Source: Aplysia californica
Taxonomy: Eukaryota
Direction of reading: 5' to 3'
Assembly: GCF_000002075.1 (NCBI RefSeq)
Contig: NW_004797857.1
Span: 71,421-135,420, forward strand
Length of the DNA: 64,000 nt
Positions 24,458 through 35,800 of this stretch are shown in pieces (the stretch's first letter is position 1; each line of letters starts with the position of its first letter). Position numbers and translations under genes: made by a program. The notes beneath the pieces were generated by a model. The model did no database searches. It was not told where the DNA came from and saw nothing but the letters and a program-made list of their open reading frames with translations.

Positions 24458-25832
24458 CTAAAGGTTGCCAGCACAGTTCAGCATTAGTTCTAAACTCCTT
24501 GTCTAATACTAAAACGTATACAGGTGGTGGAACATTTTTGCATTACGCTTTTGCGTGCCGATAGTGTAATAATAATGTGTGTAGTGTGTAGCCGTCTAGT
24601 CTATCTAATTTCCTAGCCTCTTCATTGTTTCATTCAGTGCTCTTGGGATGTACACGGTTAAATATTTTTTTCGTTTGATTGGATGTATTTTCACTACACT
24701 CAATTCTGAGGATTAAATTTGTGCTTATATTGTGTGTTTTTGTCTTCAGCTCAGAGTTTAGTTTTCTTTCATCTTGAATGTTATTGTGAAAAAATTTTCA
24801 GCTGACGTCTCAGTCTCAGTTTCAGGGCAATGAACCGTGTGAGCAACATTTCAAATTTGAACATGGGAAGAAAGTGTAGGGGGTGGGGCTGTAGAAGTGG
24901 TTATGCCAGCCAAGAGGGAGATAGCAAAATAACAATAATACAGATTTCCAAAAGATTCAGAAAAAAGCACACTAATGGATCAAAAGTGTTCCAAATAAAT
25001 TTGTCATGTTAGAAGATGTCATGGATTACAATGTATGAGAATTTGCTCTCTGCACTTCCCACCTGATGTACCTTTGACACGGGCTGGAAGATTTATAGTG
25101 CCCACAAAGCCTCCATCAATATTTCCAGAAGTACTACCAAAAAAAAGCAACTACAACAAGTTCAGCTTCTTCTAGAGCTGCTGATATTGATGAAATGAAT
25201 GTATACATTAAAGAAAGAGATGCCTTCAAGTTTTATTCAGTTTTATCAAACAATGGATATGAAGCCGACAGCCATTGGCAATGTTGCAAAGAGTAAAGAT
25301 TATAATACAATTGTCTTGCTCAGCAGAACTGGAGATGGCCCTGTTTTTGCATTTTCCAAGTATTTTATGGTTGTTCACCTCATCCATAATCACGTGAAAG
25401 AGTTGTTATTTGAAGCTTCACAAACTAAAGCACCATCAGGCATCCAGGCTTCACTAGAGATGTTGTCACATGCTAGAGTTAGAGCCTAAAGGAAATTTTG
25501 CACTTCGTGTGTAACCTTCCAGAGAGGCATTGTTGGCCCGCACTACTACTAGATCTACTACTTGTTGGGTAGGGTTTTTTGTTGTTGTTGGAAACCACTG
25601 AAAAACTGTACAGAAATTGATTAGTGGCGATTTTGTGGGACTATCCATCGACATTCCATCTTGATATTGTTATCGCAAGCTCATGCAGTTGGCAAATATA
25701 AGGACAGGCGAAGAAAAAAAATAGCAAAGCTGTCATCCAGATCATGGAAACAGTAACTTTTTCAGAGGTAAGAGACGTCTTTTTTATCAGCAGCTGATTG
25801 GGTTCAGTTACGTGCACTCCGTCTGAAGAGCG

Positions 25833-25869
<37 letters not shown>

Positions 25870-26236
25870 GTCATTTGGACAATTAAGGTCACAATATTTT
25901 CACCGGTTTCGTACATGAACAAGAATTAACTTATACCGTAACAGGCCTACGTCAAATTAGGCCTCTACATCCCTTTTTGCTTTCGTTTCTCCTCTCTCTT
26001 CTCTCACATAGCCTTGCCATTCAGCAGAATTTAAAACATAATAATAATATATAAAAGTACATAGATCTATGTATTTTTCTCAAATGAGTGCATACTTTGG
26101 AATCAAAAGCTTGTAAAACAAACAGTTTCATTTTAAAACCGGCGCTGTGGGTTGAAAACCATGAGGTGAATGACTTTTACTTTGACGTTTCAATTTAACA
26201 TTAGTTTTATATCTCAGTCAAATCTGGCACCCTTAG
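24458..26236. mobile_element. Degenerate DNA transposon carrying the THAP remnant
   Basis: Imperfect inverted ends CTAAAGGTTGCCAG / CTGGCACCCTTAG bracket the THAP relic; boundaries approximate. Confidence 0.4.
24863..25135 (+). pseudogene. Frameshifted THAP zinc-finger domain (decayed P-element/THAP9-type transposase N-terminus)
   Basis: Across three frameshifts: MGRKCRGWGCRSGY...YRFPKD...WIKSVP...RICSLHF...PSIFP, i.e. the C2CH THAP signature (CxxxxC, FP, W, CSxHF, PxIF). Confidence 0.7.
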
Positions 26237-26600
26237 CCTCACACAGCAGACCATTTTGTGCACCCAAACATTAAACATGTCCGCCAAATCCCTGAGAGAC
26301 TGAGAGCGACAAAATGAGACGTTGCGCACCCCTAAACAGAACTGCAAGGATTACTTGTCGTCTATCTCGAAATAACTATTTAACCTTTTAACTTCACATT
26401 AATATCCACAGTTTAACCAATAATTTACTTTCATACACAATCTCATTTCATATCTTGTGACAGAAATTTAGAAAATGCCTTAAATTTAAATTGCCTTAAA
26501 TAAACTTCTTGAGCACGCCACCGGTTCTTGCATGGAGACGGGTTTCTTCAGTCCTTACAGAACCTACTTCTGCTTTCGTTTCTAAAGCCAAACATTTGGA

Positions 26601-26840
26601 ATGTCTTATCGTGGCGGACGTGGATCTGGTCGCCACAGAGATGACAGGGGATATGGTCCAGGGCCGTATGGAGGACCTGGTGGATATAGATCTAGTGCAG
26701 ATCCTTATCAAGCTCCACCAAGGCCACCACCACCTCAGCATGATCCCTATCGATCAGGTTATGGACCTCCACCTGTATTAGATTATGGTGCTCCACCCCC
26801 AATACCAGCACCACTTCCAGCCCCAGGGGGATTATATCAT
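26601..26840 (+). CDS. ZNF318: ZNF318-like exon 1 (RGG/YG/Pro-rich N-terminus)
   Basis: ATG 26601; donor CAT|gtaagt; phase 0 matches exon 2. Confidence 0.82.
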
Positions 26841-29800
26841 GTAAGTGTTTTAGGTTTTCTCAATTAATCTTCGTCTTTTTGCAATAATTCCATCTCCAGC
26901 ATGCTGCTCACAGTGGCTCGTGTTGTGGTTGAAACTGCTTTGCTGCCGCTGGTGAGCCGCTTCGGAGCGGCTCAGGGCGCAGGCACATTCCTTGGCGTTT
27001 TAGTTCCCACCCCCCTTATTTGGGCCTCTAGATCTAGATCTAGAATCTATATACTATATGTTTGATGCGCAGTGAGAGACATGACATGCCGCTAAACGTA
27101 GAAAAGACGCATCTTTTTGATTGGCTGCTAATTTTAGTACTGTGATGTCATCACTTCCTGGGATACCCACATGGAACGACGTGTTTTCTGTAGGCCTAAC
27201 ATTTAGGATTTCCTAGATTTAGAATCTAGATCTAATCTAGATCGTCGATGCTCAGAAGAGTAAGATTAAGAACGCTGAAACACGGTAAACACAAAGACAA
27301 TGAACCGCACGAAAGTTGCCGTAAAGACGCTGGACGATTAGATCTAGAATCTAGATCTAAATCTAGATCCAGCCCCCCCCCCACCCCTTGTGCATTTTTA
27401 ATCACTAATATATTTTTTTTAAAACCACAAACTTCAAAGCAGCTCTACAAATTATAATTTTTATATATATATATATGGAACTGTTGGTCAGTCGGGAGGA
27501 GGAGAAGAGAAAAAAAAAAAGGAAGAGGCTAGCCGTACTTAATGACGGCTAGATTGGCAGTCTAGCCGTACTTAAGTACGGCTAGACTAGTTGGCTAACC
27601 GTACTTATTCATATGATGGCTAGACTGACAATAAAAAAAAATAATAGGCCTATGAATTATAAATTTTTAGTTTACAGTACCTAAAGTATTTGTATTTGAG
27701 ATGAAACCAGGTGCCTTAATGACAGTGCAAATATTTTAAACCCCCTGTTTTCTAATGTTAATAGGGCCTAAGATAAGTACGGCTAGACTGGCAGTCTAGC
27801 CATACTTAAGTACGGCTAGACTTCTTGGCTAACCGTACTTTAAGTACGGGTAGACAGCCAGGCTAGCCGTACTTCAGCAATGTAGCAATGACCACGAAAA
27901 ACTTTTTTTTGCCAGAAAGTGTTTGCAAATAGGTGCATTTTGTAGCTCTATCTTCACAGAGCATGGGACTTTTAGAATTTTTGAAATCCATCAATAAACA
28001 AAAAAGTTACGAATTTCTTAATCAATTAATTTTTGGTACGCTTTTATTATAATGAAAAAACCCAAAATATGGGACGTTCTTAGGTGAGTTTTGAGACAAT
28101 ATTCGTCATAACTCGCTCATTTCTCGGAGTATTTAAAAGAAACTTGGCAACCCAGTACATTGTCTAGTGCAGAATCTAGTCTTGCTTTCAGATTTTTCAT
28201 AGCTATCCTACTTTTTGAGTTATCAAGACGTTTATAGGAAAAAATGTGGTGGTTTTCTGTGCGTTTTGAGACAATATTTGTCATAGCTCGCCTATTTCTT
28301 GGGATATGTAAATGAAACTTGGCAGTCTAGTACATTTTTTAATGCAGAATCTAGTCATGCTGTCAGATTTTAAATATCTGTCATACTTTTTGAGTTGTAA
28401 AGTCATTAACAGGTAAAAAAGTGGCGTTCTTTAAGGATTTACAAAGATTGTCAGTCATATGTTCTCCCAAAGTCATGATATTTGAATGAAACTTGGCAAC
28501 AGAAAAGGTTCCTCCTTGTCAAGCAATGCTCTGGATCAATTTGTCACAAAAATGTAAGTAGAGAGCTGGATTTATTAGTCTAATAAATCCAGTTCTTCTC
28601 TACTAGTAAAAGCATGCACACTTTGTTATAGAAAATAAGATCGTCCCTGTGTTTATCCATTGTTGGACAGTGTCCTATTGTGTGGTAGATTAAGATGCGT
28701 TCAAATAATATATAGTTTACAAGTCATGGGAATATTTCGCATGTGTAGNNNNNNNNNNNNNNNNNNNNNNNNNNNNNNNNNNNNNNNNNNNNNNNNNNNN
28801 NNNNNNNNNNNNNNNNNNNNNNNNNNNNNNNNNNNNNNNNNNNNNNNNNNNNNNNNNNNNNNNNNNNNNNNNNNNNNNNNNNNNNNNNNNNNNNNNNNNN
28901 NNNNNNNCGTGAACCATAACAATGTATAAACGGGACTATCTTCTGAGACTGGACTAAATACGTACCATACTCTTTAATTATAACAATCTTAAAGCCTCAC
29001 TTTTCCAAACAGAGCACACAGGACGAGTCCAAGAGTGTGCTTTCCCAAGAGGGGGGAATAGGCTTTCATAACGCAAACACAATGCCATACCACTTCTCAA
29101 GAAGTCTGCTTTTCTGTTTCTATTCTTCTGTCATGCAATCAAGCAAGTAAAAAAGACTACATCTATTGTATTGTGACTAAAATGCAACAAAAACGCAAGT
29201 TATCAAGGCCCCCGTTTAGTTTTCAAGTATCCTTCCCCCCCCCTTTCCGGTTCACATAAGCGGGGCCTCGTTTGTAGCGCCCGAGGAGACCAATGGCTGA
29301 TGACGTCACTCAGTGGAAATTTCCCAGCCGCCGGTCATTCACCCAGCACGCGCAAATGGCAATGCCGCTTTTCCCTTAGTTACTCCCACATTTTTAAAGA
29401 TTACGCGAAAACCGCTAAACACAGAAGCATGCAATTTTAAGGGAATAAAGAAAAATGGTGTACAACATATCAGTCAGTTTGACAAATCACAGCTCCTAAA
29501 AATCTTCAAAGCGCACCACATCAACCACTTTCTCAAAGGTTTTCGACTACTTCTTGGATGGGTACAATGTTGTCAAACTGCATACTACGAGATTGACCTC
29601 TTTTCTAATTGGCTGCCAAGTTTCATTCATATCCATTCACGAGAAGCGGCGTGAGAGCGAGTTGAAGACAACAACCTTTGCGTTAGTGCGTCCCACGAAA
29701 CACCCCCGCTCCGGGGGTCAAAAATCGGCAGAACAAAACGCGCTCAGTGGGCATTGCTGATTTTAAGAAGGCCGTGGAGGTACCGGATGTGTTTTCGGTA

Positions 29801-32800
29801 TGTTAATAACATTTTGGAATTCTTAGATTTAGTAGTTGGACATGATGGAAGATCGCTTAGATCTAGATCTAGATCGTTGATGCTCAGAACAGTAAGATTA
29901 AGAACGCTGATGTTTGAAATTGAAACACAGTAAATGCAAAGACAATAAACCGCCCGAAAACTGCCGTAAAGACGCTGGAGGATTAGATCTAGAATCTAGA
30001 TCTACCTCCACCAGTATTCTTAATCACTAAAAAACAAACTACAAAGCAACAAATTATAATTTATGGGACAAACTGTTGGTCAGTCAGGAGTAGGAGAAGA
30101 GAAAAAAAAAACCCTTCCGGGACCGGATTCGAACCGCTCATAAAATAATTGAATGACTTCAAACGCAGACGCGCTGTCCATTCGGCCATCAGAACTTCCA
30201 ACAGCGAGAGGTAGATTAAGCTTGATATATATATATATATACATAGACACCTCCATCTTTGGTGCCGTGCGGTTGGCTATACTTAGATGTGGTCACGTGA
30301 TCGGAGGGGTATCCAGGTCTGACGTCAAACAAGATGGCCGCCTTACCTAAATATAGTTTGCGTCGTTCTACGTTTAATTGCATGTTGAAACTCCCCTACT
30401 CTTGAAGCCAAAACCGGCGAATAATAATGGGGGCCTGGGAACTACCGAAAAAGCGGTCATTCCTTTAAAACGACTTCGATGTCAAATCACTGTAACCGGG
30501 CACCTAGCCTCAATATCTACGTACGCGGCAACCGGGCATGTTGTAGGCCTAATATCAGTGTCACATCACATACACGGTAACCGGGCAGTTCAGAACTCCC
30601 GAGTTCAGTTTTTGTCATCCGGTGTTGCCTTCAACCCCACGGTCCTACCCCTCCCCCGACTGTACCTTTTAAAAAAATCAGTAATCCTCCCATTCCGGAG
30701 CTCTATACTCATTATGTGATGTGAACGCACAGGTTCACTGACCTGTTTACACGTTCAAGAAGCGGATTGTTGAAAGAGCGAGGCATTCACTTGGACAGAA
30801 TCATCTTTTACTTCTATCTAGATCTGCAGTACAGTAAATCAATTGTAAACACGATCGTCTGATTACTTAGCTCGCATTTGTTTCTATAGCACCAAGTAGA
30901 TTGATCTAGTATTTGTGAGACTTTAAATCTAGGCTAGGAGGGTAGATATCTAGACATGGATCGGTTCATCAAGGAAACCCCTAAGATACCATGCAACACT
31001 AATTGTAAGGTTATTTAACTCTTTATCTCCGAAGGGGGGTAAAAACCTACTATGCTGGGGTCCTCTTTTGGTACAAAATTTTAAAAATGACATAAACACC
31101 ACAAAACTGTTTTTAAATCAAAACAAGTGAATTTATTTTCACAGTTCTTCATCTAATGAATGCGCTCCCGGTAAAAGAGACCTATTGCCAAAAAGTAATT
31201 TGACGTCGAAGTCGTTGTAAAGGAGTATGCCTGAGCCGCTGTCAGCATCTCACTGGCTCAGTGGTTCGGACCGCGACTTGCCGAAGATAAAGAGTTAAGA
31301 GACAGTGCTATTTAGACATTTTTTCCGTGCTGCCACACATGAGACAAACGGTATAGCACAACTCGTTTGCCCCACCCAGTATTCTGACAACGGGATGACC
31401 AGTCTTAGCACTGTTCCCATAATGCTAGGCCCCAGGCGGGAAAGATGCTAAAATGTCAATTTTAAAGTCTTAGGTATCACACGTCGGAGCTGGGACTCGA
31501 TCCCCCGACCTCCCGATCCCGAGGCAGGTGCCTTAGGTACCGCAAGGTCATTGGGCCTGTTATGTCACATACAACAGTGTACATTTGATGTACAGAAAAT
31601 GGTTAAAGATTAAGAAACTAAAATCTCAGAATTACTCCAGATCTTTATTCTTGGTTTTCGTCCATTTCTGTACCCCTTTTTTTTAGTATGTCATTTACCT
31701 GTACTCAGTGGTTTTTTTACATTAAAATAGCTATAGGCATCTTGCAACTTTTGCTTTTTTCAAATGCAGCTTTTTGCAACTTTTGCTATTTTCGAATGCA
31801 ACTTTTTCCGGGGACAGTTTAAGGTTGCAAGGAAATCACAGCTGATCCATGTCCTGCGTGTAATTGCTAATTGTTTTAGCTGCAGTGGGCTAACATTGAA
31901 TTATAATTTCATTCACAGGAGCCGGGTTACAGCCATCCTCCTTCTGATCGGTTTGGACCTTCAAGAGAGTACTCATCATATGGCCGAGAGAGTCAAGCCC
32001 AAGGAGGGGGGGATAGTCGATATGGGAGCAGACCAGCAGATTCTGTGACAGATTATGGACATACCAGTCAAAAGCCACAAAATAGTCAACGAGAATCCAC
32101 ACCAAGTTCCCAGACTGGGAACCAGATGTCAGGCTTGGATCTAGATGCTCTTCTACAAGATGAGAGGTTGAAAAGTGTTCTGTTTGCAGGTATTTCTAAA
32201 GCTACTGCAAAATTAGAACAGTCACTTCAAAATGAGGACAACAGAGAGTCTGTTGCGTTTGTTAGTGAGTCTTCAAAATCTTCATCTCAGTTGTTTCCCT
32301 CAGCAAGTGGTGAAGCACAGCAAAAGCCAAAATCTATCCTGAAACAGAAGAGCAGCATGCCAAGTGTGAGCACTGTATCACAGAGTGCAAGTACAAGTGA
32401 GTCATTGTCTAATCTTAGTACCCTAGAAAGGACCTTGCAGCTGCTGCGCGGCAAGTCCACTATTCCACAGTCATCATCTTCTGTGTCAAAGTCAGAGAGT
32501 CAGAGGAGTGTTGCAGAGTTGAAAGGTGCTCTTGGTCAACTCTCGTCCTACCGCGATGTGGATGGGGGACTGAGTCAGATTGAAAGCTATGGAGGTGATG
32601 AAGAAGACGAGCACTTGTACTCAGACGCTCCCCCGGTCCATACCAGTGTTCGTGCTTCTCTGCCTCCCGATGCGGAGACGATTAAACGAGAGACAGACAC
32701 GTATGATGTCCAAGAAAAGCTCTTTGAGCAGTGGCGACAGTCTATTAATCAAGGCAGTTCTGCAGCAGACAGTAGCAAAAGGAAGGAATCCAGCAAGTCT

Positions 32801-35800
32801 TCACAGAAGGCAGAGGTTAAAAGCTCTTCTCCCTCAAGGCAGGTTTCCCAAGAGTCCGGTTCAAACGAAGACATTGATTCTACCGTGCAAAATATTCTTC
32901 ACTCTATTGGCTTTAATTTTGATCTATCCAAAAGAATGCAAGAGCTTGCCCGTAAAAAAAAAGAGGAGGAGGATAGCCTTCAGACTGGGATTGTGAATGA
33001 GGCTGCTTCTTTCTTAGGAGGTGAGAGTGGAGAACTTCGTGAGAAAGATATAGTTAAGAGGCTTAGACATGAGCAAGATGATGCAAATATTGAAACCTTG
33101 TTAAGAGAAGCAAGAGCTAGTATGGGTGGTCGCAGGGGAAGTCCTGATAGGGAAGGGAGACTGTCTCCTACATCTAGAAGGCAAGTAGATGAGAAATTCC
33201 TAGAGGGTTTGTTCAGAAGTAAAGCATCCGAGAGGGGGAGAGGGCCGAGTTCAGAGTTTGAAAAGACAAGAGAGTTGTATAAGGATGAGAGGAGTCCCGA
33301 GAGACGTGTAAGTTCTGAGAGGGGAAAAGGTAATGTAGATAGTCGCTCAAACAGACGGGATGACAAGCCAGGGGCTGGTAGGTACAAGGAAAAAGATTCT
33401 TACCATGAAGGTTTCCCGAAAAGAGATGATATCGAGGACAGGCATTCTTTCTCTAATGATAGACATGACGAGACTCAACAATCTAGAAGATCATTAAGCG
33501 GAGGTAGAGATGAGCTGCAGTACTCAAGAAGATCAAATGTGCATCAAGACTCTCCACCAGTCTCTTCCAGAAGTGGGTATGGGAGATCACCCGATGATTC
33601 AAGGCATCGGGTCAGTGAGCGATTTCAAGATGACTACAAAGATGAGTATTACTATCCGGATGAGAAGGAAGCAGTGGACAACTCTGGTGGTGTGCCTCTT
33701 TTCTCGACGCTCAGTTCAAGGAGGAAGGAGGGAGACCGTGTTTCTTCTGAAAGACTGAGTGTTCCATCTGGGTCTAAGCTGGCCCAGGTTGAAAATTTCC
33801 GGGTAATGTCCAACTTTGACAATGGCAGCGATTTCTCTGAGACACGAAGAATCATTCTTCCTGCTCGGTCAGATCAGCGCCGCTTTGTGTCCAAGTCACC
33901 ACCCGGTCGAAGTTCACGGTCCCCCGAGTACAGGCGGAATCGGAAACGAGTAATGTCTCCATATGACCCTGTCTCTGGAGACGAAATGGGTGGTAAAGGT
34001 TACAATGATTATTATGGTAGCTCAAATGCCCCTTATCCCAAAACAAGAAGAGTTCTCTCTCCTGCTGGTTCTGCATCACCAGGTCGAAGAAGCTCTCTGA
34101 GTGGCCGCAATGACTATACCGTTGAAAGGTATAGGTCTCCACAGCGGAATAGGGATATGTCTCCTTACGAATCTCCTGCTGACCAGTACCCTCGTAGATA
34201 CCGTTCACCAAGTCGTAGCCCTCCTAGAGCTGAGATCTATCAGGGTCGAGCCTACGATGATCTGGTCCATTATGATGTGCCCAGAAGAGGCTCGCGAGAG
34301 AGGTTCAGAAGTCCGGGGCCTCGCTTGTCGAAGTCCCCTAGCTCTCGCGATTTATGGAAATCTCGAACACCAGAAAGACAACGGCAGAGAAGCCCAGGTC
34401 GACGAAGATCAGTGACCCCAGACAGGCGACGTTCAAGGAGCCCAGGACGTCGGCGCTCGCGTAGTCCTGGAAAGCGAAGATCTAGATCCCCTGACCGGCG
34501 ACGGAGGTACCCGGCGAAGAGGTATTCGAAAGATGAAAAAGGAAAGTCACCTACCAGACGGAGGTCCCCAGTGCAAAGAAAACAAGCAACGAGCCAAAAG
34601 CCTGCTACGGACAAATACAAAATTGACCACCGAGGTGAAAAAGAACTGCAAAAGCCAAAAGTTGATGTTTCTAAACTGCCAGCACACGAGAGGAAAGCAT
34701 ACCTGCAGAAGATGCTAGAAGAAAAGGGACAGACTGTGGATCAAACTAAGATCACCATCATTTCTTCCGTTGAAAAATTGACAGAGATTCCTGTAGAGCA
34801 GCGCAGAGAACTGCTTTTAAAGGTAAGCTTTTTAGTACCATCTATTTTAGAGATCACTATTAGTTTTTGTTGTCAGGTTGGTCCCTAAAACAGGCTTGGC
34901 TACTCAAATAAAGTAGAGTTAAATACTACGGAAAATAATTTTATGCGATTTTTGGCAGAGACAAATCGATAAAAGTTTATAAAAACTCCCCGTACAAATT
35001 AGATATATGTAAATTGATAGATGGAGTTGTCATTTTGAATGGGTTCATGAATAGATGGATGTAGTATGAGGGTTACATCAAGTTCGAGAAGGTACTACTT
35101 CTTCCTTTACCTTTCATATCTGCTGTAGCCTGTTCACTTTCATCTGTCTGATTGTAAAACATAAGATAAAAACAAATTGTTCTGTTAAATCTTTCAGTGT
35201 CTTTGCATGTAGGTCTAAAAAGCTGGATGACTAACAAAATCTAAAAGCCCATTACTGAAGGCCACTGCAGACTTGAGTTCTGACAGTTTCTAAAATTTTA
35301 GCCTGGAGTGGGGCAAAAAAATGATATAATAAAGGATTTACAGCATACTCCTAAAATGTAAAAAAAATTGGCCGATTTATATCAACGCCACAGTTCAACG
35401 CATGCCTATGAAACACAGCTCAGCGGACTGGGGAGTGCTTTTCAAGATTGTCTTGTGAAGGAAGCTACAAACTTACACTGAAGTATGGGGACAGGGTAAT
35501 CATGGTAATGTTGCTGTCTCAAAATTAGCATTTTGTAGTGTAGGTTACTGTAAGTCATTTTTTGTTTACACTCAAAGGTCAGTGTTTAATGTAGGACCCA
35601 AATAAAGAAACTTTTCTATTACTTGATCAGGGTTTTTACCCAGCCCCCCCCCCCCCCCCCCCAAAAATGTTTGGTTGCTGGCCTAAAAGAGTGACATACA
35701 AAGTTACGTGTGTATTGGCAAACTTTTTAATTAGCTAGAATTTTTTAATCTGGACAGATGAAAGTGAATAGCTTTAGACAGCTTTTTGTCCCCACACTGG

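Noticed and set aside
25199-25489. 96-aa ORF as an intact gene
   Set aside because: Lies within the decayed THAP-bearing element; no recognisable intact domain or splice structure.
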